36,215 nucleotides of DNA. Source: Bdellovibrionota bacterium. Its GTDB lineage: Bacteria; Bdellovibrionota; UBA1018; UBA923. Under the pieces are notes generated by a model. That model ran no database searches. It was not told where the DNA came from and saw only the letters and a program-made list of their open reading frames with translations. Location: NCBI GenBank assembly GCA_040754655.1, contig JBFMCE010000040.1:1-36215 (forward strand), given 5' to 3'. Positions 1-8,455 of this stretch are shown one piece after another (position 1 is the first letter of the stretch; the number at the start of each line of letters is the position of its first letter). A program made the translations under genes and the position numbers.

Positions 1-71
1 AATGAACTCGTCGCAGCCTTATGGCCGACTATTTTTATCAATTGAGGCTAGAGTTGTGATAAAAGCGCTGC

Positions 72-1286
72 GTGACCAAAAAAGGTGATTTGATCGAACT
101 TGAAATCGAGCGCATGAGTTTTGGACCAGCAGCCATAGGCAGATACTTTCCTGACGGCGAGGAAAGAGGCGTTGTTGTCTTTGTTTCTGGGGCGGCTCCT
201 CAAGACCATGTTCGAGCCAAACTCACGCACCAGCATAAAAATTACTGGGAAGCGGAGCTGGTTGAAATCTTACGCGCTTCACCTGATCGCGTTGAACCTG
301 CGTGCCCCGTTTTCGCGCGCTTAGAACCCGGAAAAGGCCTCAGGCAAAACAGTTGTGGAGGCTGCCAATGGCAGCACTTGAGCTATGCCGCTCAGATCAG
401 GGCCAAAGAAGAAATTCTCTTGCATCAACTCAGTCGAAGCACACGCCTGCCGCTTGAAGATCTCAGGCGCATCTTGCGCGTTCATCCCGCGAAAAACGCT
501 TACGCTTACCGATCACGGCTTCAGGTTCACGGCGACCAGAAGGGTTTGGGCTTTTACGCGCCGGGAACTCATCGGGTCGTGCACACAGAGCGTTGCGCCG
601 TCGCTCACGATGATATTCAAAAAGTCTGGAGCCGGTTTCTCAAAGACCGGCCCCTTGCAGAACTTTCCCGGGCCACGGGGCAATTCAAGGTTGAATGGGT
701 TCGCACTGAAACCGGCCAAATCAAAGAGGCCTTGAACCGAAAGCATGGTGCATTTGGATTCACCCAGGTCAATCCAGAGCAGAATGAAGTTCTGGTCAAC
801 ACAGTCACCGAAATCGCGCGACAGGCGGCCGGGCCAAAACGCATGCTTTTCGATCTCTATGGCGGCAGCGGCAATCTTTCTAAAAAACTTGCGCCTGAAT
901 TTGGGACCGTACTTTGCGTGGATTCTTTCAACGAAGGCAAGGATCCGGTGGATTTAAAAACTTTGGGCGGGGGTTTTCAGCTCGTTCGGTCTGATGTGGA
1001 AGAGTTTTTACGTGATCAGCGGTGGCGTGACTGGAATATTGAAAAAATCGACTGTGTTATCGCTGATCCACCAAGAACAGGATTGCGGGGGACCGCCGGT
1101 TTAATCGCAAACCTGAAAGCCCCCCGCCTAATCCTCGTATCCTGTGATCCATCTACGCTTGGAAGAGATCTTTCACTTCTCTCAGATCTTTACCAAGTCA
1201 ACGCTGTTCATCTTATCGATTTGTTTCCGCAGACCTATCACATGGAAACCGTTATTGACTGCAGCTTAAGCTCGTTGAAGCACTGA
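72..1286 (+). CDS. rlmD: 23S rRNA (uracil-C5)-methyltransferase, RlmD/TrmA family with TRAM domain
   Basis: N-terminal TRAM-like segment; CPVF...CGGCQWQH Fe-S motif; FTQVN, DLYGGSGN SAM-binding, DPPRTG, SCDP and DLFPQTYHME motifs. Confidence 0.9.
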   Translation: MTKKGDLIELEIERMSFGPAAIGRYFPDGEERGVVVFVSGAAPQDHVRAKLTHQHKNYWEAELVEILRASPDRVEPACPVFARLEPGKGLRQNSCGGCQWQHLSYAAQIRAKEEILLHQLSRSTRLPLEDLRRILRVHPAKNAYAYRSRLQVHGDQKGLGFYAPGTHRVVHTERCAVAHDDIQKVWSRFLKDRPLAELSRATGQFKVEWVRTETGQIKEALNRKHGAFGFTQVNPEQNEVLVNTVTEIARQAAGPKRMLFDLYGGSGNLSKKLAPEFGTVLCVDSFNEGKDPVDLKTLGGGFQLVRSDVEEFLRDQRWRDWNIEKIDCVIADPPRTGLRGTAGLIANLKAPRLILVSCDPSTLGRDLSLLSDLYQVNAVHLIDLFPQTYHMETVIDCSLSSLKH

Positions 1287-2193
1287 ACTTACACGCATTT
1301 ACGCTGCAAGCTCCGATGTTGCTTCCAGGAACTGGGCCGTGCTCTTGGCCGCCTTTGGTCTTATCGAGCTCTTGGTTGCCCTTGTTGCCTTCTTGTTTGC
1401 CGACAACTGGAGCCTTACCTTCTTGATTGCCTTCTTGTTTGCCAACAATTGGTGACTTGCCGTCTTGGTTGCCTTTATTGCCTTCTTGAGCAACTACTGG
1501 CGACTTGCCATCTTGATTACCCTTGTTGCCTTCTTGAGGAACGACAGGCGATTTCCCGTCTTGGTTTCCCTTATTGCCTTCTTGAGTACCAGTCTTGCCA
1601 AGCTCTTGCTTGCCAGTTTCAAGAGGCGCTTTTTGTTGGCCTGATTGATTTGCATCACCAACGGCCGCAGCAAATGCTGCAGGAAGAGCCGCTGCATCTT
1701 GAGCAAGATCGAACTCGACGCTTACCGTTGTGCTTGGCTTGTTATCAGCGCTACAGGTTACGACACCTGAAGCAGTAGCAGCCATAGCAACCGGGCATCC
1801 ATCGAGTTGATTGACTTGAGCGCCAATCGCCAACGGAACAGAGAACGCACCCGACTGTTTGTCGTAGCTTTCTGAGCCTAAGACTTGCCCGGAAGCGTTT
1901 CGAATGCGTACTGTTTGTTTCACGCAATCCGCTTCAACCTTGAACCTGCCTTCATTTTGAAGAGCAGACATTTGAGATTGAGTAAGATTACACCCCGGTA
2001 AGTCAGCTCGTGCAGTCGATGCCACGGAGGTTCCTCCATCACACTCTGCTTCGAACCCGAGATCAACCCCAGGAATTGAAATCGCAGGTTGCCCATCGGC
2101 GGCTTTCTTTGCTTCTTCTTTCTTTGCACAACCTACACTTAAGGCCAGAACGAGAACAGGCAGACATTTAAGAACAAGAAAATGGTTCTTCAT
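1252..2193 (-). CDS. Orphan Cys-rich lipoprotein with Q/E/G/N/K tandem repeats
   Basis: ATG at 2193 preceded by AAGGGGG SD; signal peptide ending LSVGC lipobox; 8 further Cys; overlaps rlmD 3' end by 35 bp. Confidence 0.8.
   Translation of the reverse strand: MKNHFLVLKCLPVLVLALSVGCAKKEEAKKAADGQPAISIPGVDLGFEAECDGGTSVASTARADLPGCNLTQSQMSALQNEGRFKVEADCVKQTVRIRNASGQVLGSESYDKQSGAFSVPLAIGAQVNQLDGCPVAMAATASGVVTCSADNKPSTTVSVEFDLAQDAAALPAAFAAAVGDANQSGQQKAPLETGKQELGKTGTQEGNKGNQDGKSPVVPQEGNKGNQDGKSPVVAQEGNKGNQDGKSPIVGKQEGNQEGKAPVVGKQEGNKGNQELDKTKGGQEHGPVPGSNIGACSVNACKFSASTSLSCSQ
1369..1584 (-). repeat. Intragenic tandem repeat, about 5 degenerate copies of a ~48-bp unit (QEGNKGNQDGKSPVVx)
   Basis: Seen directly in the translation and in repeated ttgccttcttg DNA motifs. 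Confidence 0.9.
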
Positions 2194-2226
2194 TAGGTTT
2201 TCCCCCTTTTCAGTGGCGCGACGTAT

Positions 2227-2242
2227 TGCAAGGTCTTTGCCA
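2227..2242 (-). promoter_or_regulatory. Sigma-54 (-24/-12) promoter of the repeat lipoprotein gene
   Basis: Minus strand reads TGGCAAAGACCTTGCA, with correct GG-N10-GC spacing, about 35 bp upstream of the ATG. Confidence 0.7.
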
Positions 2243-2249
2243 AACTCGC

Positions 2250-2278
2250 TTGACACCGATTCATGGGCTTCCTACTCT
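2250..2278 (+). promoter_or_regulatory. Sigma-70 promoter for pilF-rodZ
   Basis: TTGACA-N17-TACTCT, followed by AAGGGG SD and ATG at 2296. Confidence 0.7.
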
Positions 2279-2295
2279 GGTAGAAGGGGCACAAA

Positions 2296-3096
2296 ATGAG
2301 TCGGAATAGCTCTTTCTTAAGATGGAATACAGGGAAGTTCATTGCAATTTGCGCAATAACCACATTGCTTTGCGCATCGTGTGCAACGACGAGTAGTCGA
2401 GAAACCGAGAAAAAAGATCCGAAAGAGATCTCGGAATTGTACTCGGACTTAGGGACCGAGGCGCTCATGCGAGGTGAGCCTTCGCAAGCCATTGGTGACC
2501 TGAAAAAAGCCCTCTCTCTTGATCCCAACAACGTGGTCGCTCGAAACCACTTAGGACTCGCCTATTACGCGTTAGGTGACAAAAAATCAGCGAAAATAGA
2601 GATCGAAAAATCAATTCTCATTGATCCCAAGTATTCGGATGGTTTCATCAACTTGGGCAAACTCGCTGAAGACGATAAGAATTATCACCTCGCTAAACAC
2701 TATTACCGCAAGGCACTCGATAACCCGGAATACAAGACAAGACACCGCGCGCTAACGAATCTTGCGCAACTTGCGCTGCGCGAAAACAAAACCGATGAAG
2801 CCAAGCAATTACTGTATCAATCTCTTCAGACAAATCCTGACTACTGTTTCTCGAACTTTCTCTTGGGTTCTTTGCTTTTAAGAGAGGGAAATGCCAAGCG
2901 AGCGGCTGAGTCGTTCAAGAAATCAGTTGCTAGCGTTTGTACAAACAATGTAGAGGGACATTATCAATTAGGATTGGCTTATCTGCGGTCAAAAGACTTT
3001 CAGAAAGCGCGTGCGACCTTCGTTCACGTCGTCGAACATTTTCCCCAAACGAAAGAGGCGCAGAGTGCAGGAGAACAATTGAGGAACCTCCCTTAA
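2296..3096 (+). CDS. pilF: TPR lipoprotein, type IV pilus pilotin PilF/PilW/Tgl-like
   Basis: LCASC lipobox, about 6 TPR repeats, ALDNPEYKT...ALTNL pattern; directly upstream of rodZ, the usual neighbour. Confidence 0.7.
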   Translation: MSRNSSFLRWNTGKFIAICAITTLLCASCATTSSRETEKKDPKEISELYSDLGTEALMRGEPSQAIGDLKKALSLDPNNVVARNHLGLAYYALGDKKSAKIEIEKSILIDPKYSDGFINLGKLAEDDKNYHLAKHYYRKALDNPEYKTRHRALTNLAQLALRENKTDEAKQLLYQSLQTNPDYCFSNFLLGSLLLREGNAKRAAESFKKSVASVCTNNVEGHYQLGLAYLRSKDFQKARATFVHVVEHFPQTKEAQSAGEQLRNLP

Positions 3097-3097
3097 G

Positions 3098-4114
3098 ATG
3101 GAAAATAAGCCACAAGCCGGGCTCGGCGAGTACTTGCGATCAGAACGTGAAAAACGCCACATCACCATCGAACAAGTCGCTTCGGCGACGAAGATCAACG
3201 TAAAGCTCTTGCATGCTCTTGAGAGTGACAACTACGATGCGCTTCCCGCTAAGCCTTTTGTAAGAGGTTTTGTCGCGAGTTACACGAGATATGTCGGCTT
3301 GGATCATCGCGAAGTCTTGACGCGCTTTGAGTCTTACCTCGAAGAAAAGAGCGGAAAGCGTTATCAGCGTCCTGAAGACTCACCCCATATCTTCGTCGAA
3401 AAAGAAGGGCAGACCGAAAACAACAAGACTGCTCTCACGGTGGTCATGGTGGGTTTCATCGTTGTCGCGTTATTGGTTTTCGTTGTCATCAAACCCTCTC
3501 TGAAACACAAGAGAAGCAGGGCCAAGAAAGCCACCGTGAGCAACGAAGAGATGGTTACTGTAGTGCCTCCTCCAACCGACGGGGCACCTGCTCTGCCGGT
3601 TGTTAAAGGAGAGCCGTCTTCGGCCCCCGCACACTCGGCCAAGCCCTCGGCCCTACCTTCGCCTTCGCCTAGTGCAAAACCTGCGGTACCCTCGCCAAGT
3701 CCGGCAGCACCTTCTCCGACTACTACAGCACCAAGCCCCAAACCCTCACCTGCCGCTGCCGGGGATTTAGGTCCGGTGAATTTAAAAGTTCCTCCTATCC
3801 CGATGAATGAGGTGAAACACCTGCTGGTCGTGAGAGCTGTAGAAGACTCTTGGATCCGTTATCAAATCGATGACCGTCCCATTATGCAGTTCACGCTAAA
3901 ATTGGGACAAAAAATCTTCCTTCGTGCGCGCAGCAGCATTCGGTTTTCGAGTGGTAGGCCGCGGGGCATCGAAATTTCGTTCGATAACAAAGAATTTCAA
4001 TCATTTAAGACGCAACCAAGGCTTCTTGTAGTACCCAAAGAAGCAGAGCCCCAATTTAAAGACCAGCCCTTCATTGCGCCGAATCCAAGCTACTTATCCA
4101 CAGGCAATAGGTGA
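3098..4114 (+). CDS. rodZ: Cytoskeleton protein RodZ
   Basis: N-terminal HTH (LRSERE...VASATKI...LE...LP..PFVRGF), single TM helix, Pro/Ser/Ala linker, C-terminal beta domain (EDSWIR). Confidence 0.85.
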   Translation: MENKPQAGLGEYLRSEREKRHITIEQVASATKINVKLLHALESDNYDALPAKPFVRGFVASYTRYVGLDHREVLTRFESYLEEKSGKRYQRPEDSPHIFVEKEGQTENNKTALTVVMVGFIVVALLVFVVIKPSLKHKRSRAKKATVSNEEMVTVVPPPTDGAPALPVVKGEPSSAPAHSAKPSALPSPSPSAKPAVPSPSPAAPSPTTTAPSPKPSPAAAGDLGPVNLKVPPIPMNEVKHLLVVRAVEDSWIRYQIDDRPIMQFTLKLGQKIFLRARSSIRFSSGRPRGIEISFDNKEFQSFKTQPRLLVVPKEAEPQFKDQPFIAPNPSYLSTGNR

Positions 4115-4203
4115 GTTATCCACAGAAGATAACTAGCTGATTTTTTTACGTTTTTATAGACAAATCCCGACTTATCCACACAAGAAGCACGAAGTTATCC
4201 CCA
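4094..4203 (+). promoter_or_regulatory. Cluster of four co-oriented DnaA boxes
   Basis: TTATCCACA at 4094-4102, 4116-4124 and 4172-4180; TTATCCCCA at 4195-4203. Confidence 0.85.
4130..4142 (-). promoter_or_regulatory. IHF binding site between the DnaA box pairs
   Basis: Minus strand AATCAGCTAGTTA matches WATCARNNNNTTR, with A-tracts on its 5' side (4141-4155). Confidence 0.65.
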
Positions 4204-4340
4204 ATGCAGCTACAGGAGCGGTTTTTCGCCGCTGCCTTAACACAATTCTAAAGAAAAACCGCGTTCAGAGCGGCGTTTCCAAATTGTTAGGTATATATTA
4301 AGTCTAGGAATCTGCTGCCAGAGCAGAGCTCCAAAGATCG

Positions 4341-5438
4341 TTACCAGGTTGAAGCCTTAAAACTCACGGCTGCAAAAGGTAAAACGATGAGATTCGCCAA
4401 CTGCATCGACCAGAACGGCGAAACGATTCCTTTTTCCGATAAACTCGCGCCAGCGATGTGCATTCCCCAGTACAGAATAATCACGCCAAATGCGACGAAC
4501 AACGCATTCGACTTCACGCTTCGCATGCGCACAACACCCAAACCCACGCCCAGAACGCCGAAAATCAAAGGAGCGATCGCAAGACCGATCCGCTTCCAAT
4601 ACTCGGTCGCATACTCTTGGTACCTCGAGTATTCGGCTTTATACGTGTCCATTTGCCGGATCAGTTCGTCAGAATCGAGGGTTTTGGCGTATCGGATGTC
4701 GGCAGTCTTGCCTTCTTCCACCTTGAGCATCAGGCGATATTCATCAAAATCAATCTTCTCATAGTATTGCCTTGCGAGATCTGAACGGTGGATACTTCCC
4801 CCGTTCAATTTGAGTACCGCAGCGCTGCTCAGCTCGCTCTGGGTTTTCAACGGAATCACGAGGCCGTCGCGGGCGAGAACAGCCATTGGATTCTTGGCAT
4901 CGCGTTCATCAAAGATGAAAACGCCCGAGATCGAATTCGAGTCGGCGTCAACCTTGTCGGCATAAACCAGGAGGTCAAAAAAACCTTCGGTGAAGGTGCC
5001 TTCCTTGAGGTTAGAGACTACCTTGGTGTTGCCAAGCTTCACATATGAGCGCTTAAATTCTCGGGTGCCCCAAGGAATGTAATAGTAGGTCAGATAAAAG
5101 ACCATGGCCGCCACCACGGCTGAGATGAGACCTACGGGCAGGTAAAGGCGATACAATGAAATGCCCGACGCTTTGAAAGCCACGATCTCACTATCTGCGC
5201 TGAGCCTCCCGAATCCGACCAAGATGGCCACTAGGAAACTCACCGGCAAAACCACGGGCAAGAACGCAGCCGAGATGTAAAGAGTCATCTTCGCGAGCAA
5301 AGTAAGGCCCGCTCCATGATTGATGAAGAAATCGGCGAGCCGCACGACTTGGAACATCAAGAACACGAACATGAAGAAGATGAACCCCCCTACGAAGGGG
5401 TAGAGCACTTCCAAGAAAATATATTTATAAACCTTAAT
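4341..5438 (-). CDS. lptF: LPS export ABC transporter permease, LptF/LptG family (probable ATT start at 5438; first near-canonical start is TTG at 5414)
   Basis: 3 TM + periplasmic beta-jellyroll + 3 TM layout; GRLSADSEIVAFKASGIS motif; N-terminal KYIFLEVL motif. Confidence 0.85.
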   Translation of the reverse strand: MKVYKYIFLEVLYPFVGGFIFFMFVFLMFQVVRLADFFINHGAGLTLLAKMTLYISAAFLPVVLPVSFLVAILVGFGRLSADSEIVAFKASGISLYRLYLPVGLISAVVAAMVFYLTYYYIPWGTREFKRSYVKLGNTKVVSNLKEGTFTEGFFDLLVYADKVDADSNSISGVFIFDERDAKNPMAVLARDGLVIPLKTQSELSSAAVLKLNGGSIHRSDLARQYYEKIDFDEYRLMLKVEEGKTADIRYAKTLDSDELIRQMDTYKAEYSRYQEYATEYWKRIGLAIAPLIFGVLGVGLGVVRMRSVKSNALFVAFGVIILYWGMHIAGASLSEKGIVSPFWSMQLANLIVLPFAAVSFKASTW

Positions 5439-6840
5439 AGGCGTTGCGATTGAGGAACCCCTTGAAAACCGTCAAAAACAGGATCTTAAGATCAAATAAT
5501 ACCGACCAATTCTTGATATAATACAGATCATACTCGATTCGCTTCTCAAGTGAAGTATCGCCGCGCCATCCATTGACCTGAGCCCATCCGGTGATGCCGG
5601 CTTTGACCTTGTGCTTGAGCATGTACCGCGGGATTTTAGTCCTTACTTCTTCCACCACCCAAGTACGCTCAGGACGCGGTCCTACGATGCTCATGTCGCC
5701 CCTGAGCACATTAAAGAACTGCGGCAGCTCATCTAGGCTGGTCTTCCTCATCAACGCGCCAACCGAGGTGACGCGCGGATCATCTTTTTTCGTCAAGAGC
5801 TCGACATCGCCTACTTGCTCAATCGCCATCGACCTGAACTTGAGCATATGAAATCTCTTGCCGTTCAAGCTCATGCGCTCTTGGCGATAAAAAACAGGGC
5901 CGCGCGAAGTGAGTTTGATCGCCAATGCCAAGAAGATCATGATCGGCGAGAAGAGCAAGATGGCGAACATCGAGACAAAGACGTCACACACCCTCTTCAC
6001 AAAGAGATTCATGCCCATGATAGGGCTTTCATTGAGACTCACCATGGGAAGGCCGTCGAAGTCTTCGACCTCGCATCCAAGCGCGACATAATCATAGATA
6101 TCAGGCACCAGGATGAGATCAACGATCTCATCTTTCAACTCGCTTAAGACTGATTCAAGGTGGCCCGCTTCAGCTCGCGAAAGCGAGATCACAAGCTTAT
6201 GAGCGCGATGAATCCGCAAGAGCTCATGAAGCTGGTCCACACGCCCAACGACAGACACATCATCAACGACTTTCGAACCTTGGGGAACATCGGGGCGCGT
6301 CGCCACAAATCCAACGATGCGAAGCCCCAATTCGGGATGGCGAATCAATTTGGAATATGTCTGCTTGGCCGCCAGATCGGTGCCTACGACAAGAACTCGC
6401 TGCAAGTTGAAGCCCTTGCTTCGCAAATGGCGAAGAGTATTTCGTAAAATGATGCGCGCATAGACCAGGCAAAAGCCGCTGATAAAGAAGAAATAGACGA
6501 AAACGCCCCGCGAGAGCTTGTAAGTCGTGATCAAATAGGTGAGCGCGATGAAAATGAGCAAGCTCAACATGTGCGCGCGCAAGACGCGATAAGCTTCAAC
6601 GGTGCGGCGCGTGAGCCTTTGGCTCGAATACAAATTGAAGACCGAAAAGACGGTTCCCCAAAGAAGCACGATGACGATCGCATACGCCGCGTATTCGCTG
6701 AAGCTTGGAAGAGCCGTCTTCATGATGCTGAGCGGATAGTTCTGGCGAAGATAAAATGCCAGAAACCAGCTCACAATCAGAATGAGCGCGTCGAGGACTC
6801 GCAATGCTGGACCAAAAACGGAATAGTATTTTTTGATCAT
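5434..6840 (-). CDS. wcaJ: Undecaprenyl-phosphate glucose phosphotransferase (WcaJ family)
   Basis: 4 N-terminal TM helices, Rossmann-like middle domain; KFRSM, DDPRVT, SLDELPQ, MSIVGPRPE and GITGWAQVNG motifs. Confidence 0.9.
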   Translation of the reverse strand: MIKKYYSVFGPALRVLDALILIVSWFLAFYLRQNYPLSIMKTALPSFSEYAAYAIVIVLLWGTVFSVFNLYSSQRLTRRTVEAYRVLRAHMLSLLIFIALTYLITTYKLSRGVFVYFFFISGFCLVYARIILRNTLRHLRSKGFNLQRVLVVGTDLAAKQTYSKLIRHPELGLRIVGFVATRPDVPQGSKVVDDVSVVGRVDQLHELLRIHRAHKLVISLSRAEAGHLESVLSELKDEIVDLILVPDIYDYVALGCEVEDFDGLPMVSLNESPIMGMNLFVKRVCDVFVSMFAILLFSPIMIFLALAIKLTSRGPVFYRQERMSLNGKRFHMLKFRSMAIEQVGDVELLTKKDDPRVTSVGALMRKTSLDELPQFFNVLRGDMSIVGPRPERTWVVEEVRTKIPRYMLKHKVKAGITGWAQVNGWRGDTSLEKRIEYDLYYIKNWSVLFDLKILFLTVFKGFLNRNAY

Positions 6841-6863
6841 CTTTGATAGGCCATTCTCATTCT

Positions 6864-8438
6864 ATGAAATCAGACGTTAGCGTAGTTTTTTTAAAAACAG
6901 ATGTCAAAAAAGCTTTGAAAAATAGCGCCATCGGCGCCCACTGCGAAGTGGTTGCCCTAGGACCCAACAAGGGTTCGAAGAAGACGAGCGTCATCCTTCA
7001 TCGCGGCTTTAAAGCCTATAGCCCGACAGTGGAGCGCCTTACAAAGGCAAACGAAGTCTCGTCGAAGGCTGGAACCTCTTGTCTCGTGCGTTTTGGAGGT
7101 GTGCAAGGCGCTGACCACCTGCTTTTTGTTGGCTTGGGCACTGACAAAAAGGGAGTTAACGTCCTTGGAGCCCTTGAGCGCCTGCGGCGCCTGGGTGCAA
7201 GCGTTGCCTCGAAGCTGTTGGCTGAGAAGATCAAAACGGCGGTGGTGTATTTTGACTCTTTCCTGATGGCGGAAGCCGGTCTGTCGATCAATGCCGATGA
7301 CGCTGCCTATGCCTTCAATGAAGGCGCGGGGCTAGCCGCCTATCGTTTCAACAAATACATCTCAGGCCAGAAGGATCAGAAGAAAAAAGAAGAACCTCTT
7401 TCATTGATTTTCGCCAGCACTGAATCTAGCCGCTTGAACGCATATAAGAAAGGCATTGAGCGCTCTGAGGCGATGCTTACCGGGGCCATCATTTGCCGCG
7501 ATCTTAGCAACGAACCCTCAAATGAATTGTATCCTGAGGCTTTCGCGCGTTATGCGAAGAAACTAGCGACGGATTATGGATTGAAGTGCACGATCCTCGA
7601 CGAAAAAGCGATTGAGCGAGAACGCATGGGACTGCTTTATGGCGTTGGACAAGGCAGCGTCAAGCCGCCTCGATTGATCGTGCTTGAATACAATCCGTCT
7701 AAGAAAACGAAGACCCTCGCTTTCGTCGGAAAAGGGATCACCTTTGACAGCGGCGGTATCTCGATCAAACCTTCGGGTCGAATGGAAGACATGAAGCATG
7801 ACATGAGCGGAGCCGCTGCGGTGACGGGCGCCATCGTCAGCGCAGCTCTTCTGAAACTCAAGACTCGCATTATTACGGTGGTTGCAGCAGCAGAGAACAT
7901 GCCCAGTGGCAGCGCCATTCAACCCGGCAACATCCTCAAGTCTAGGGCTGGAAAAACGGTTGAAATCACGAACACAGACGCCGAGGGGCGCCTCGTTCTA
8001 GCCGATGCTCTTGATTACACGCAAGACATGAAACCTGATTACATCATCGATCTCGCCACCCTGACCGGAGCTGCAGGCATTACCCTTGGAAAGAGTTGTT
8101 CAGGGCTGATGGGAAATGATGATGGGTTTAACCGCATTGTAAAAGCCGCGGCCGCGCAAAGCGGAGAACGAGTTTGGGAGCTTCCGCTCTTTGAAGAATA
8201 TTTTGACGACCTCAGAAGCGAATTTGCCGACATGCGAAATTCGGGCGACACACCTTCTCATGGCACTGCAAAGGCTGCGATGTTCTTGCTTGAATTCATC
8301 CGCAAGGGCACCCGCTGGGCGCATCTTGATATCGCGTCGATCGCATATAATGTGCCAGGCATCAGTTATTATCCACGAAAGACCAGTACCGGCTATGGAG
8401 TTCGGCTTTTGATCGAGCTTGCAAAGAAACTGGGCTAG
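6864..8438 (+). CDS. pepA: Leucyl aminopeptidase (M17)
   Basis: [28 protein letters not shown] and DLATLTGA motifs; ATG at 6864 preferred over TTG at 6843. Confidence 0.95.
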   Translation: MKSDVSVVFLKTDVKKALKNSAIGAHCEVVALGPNKGSKKTSVILHRGFKAYSPTVERLTKANEVSSKAGTSCLVRFGGVQGADHLLFVGLGTDKKGVNVLGALERLRRLGASVASKLLAEKIKTAVVYFDSFLMAEAGLSINADDAAYAFNEGAGLAAYRFNKYISGQKDQKKKEEPLSLIFASTESSRLNAYKKGIERSEAMLTGAIICRDLSNEPSNELYPEAFARYAKKLATDYGLKCTILDEKAIERERMGLLYGVGQGSVKPPRLIVLEYNPSKKTKTLAFVGKGITFDSGGISIKPSGRMEDMKHDMSGAAAVTGAIVSAALLKLKTRIITVVAAAENMPSGSAIQPGNILKSRAGKTVEITNTDAEGRLVLADALDYTQDMKPDYIIDLATLTGAAGITLGKSCSGLMGNDDGFNRIVKAAAAQSGERVWELPLFEEYFDDLRSEFADMRNSGDTPSHGTAKAAMFLLEFIRKGTRWAHLDIASIAYNVPGISYYPRKTSTGYGVRLLIELAKKLG

Positions 8439-8455
8439 GACTGAAATCTAAGAAT

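Noticed and set aside
1369..1584. Repeats as a CRISPR array
   Set aside because: In-frame coding repeats without unique spacers; no cas genes.
2194..2256. 21-aa N-terminal extension of the lipoprotein ORF
   Set aside because: Overlaps the SD and the sigma-54 promoter; the signal peptide fits ATG 2193.
3560..3800. Pro/Ser/Ala low-complexity stretch and antisense Gly/Glu ORF 3364-3741
   Set aside because: Ordinary RodZ linker and its shadow frame.
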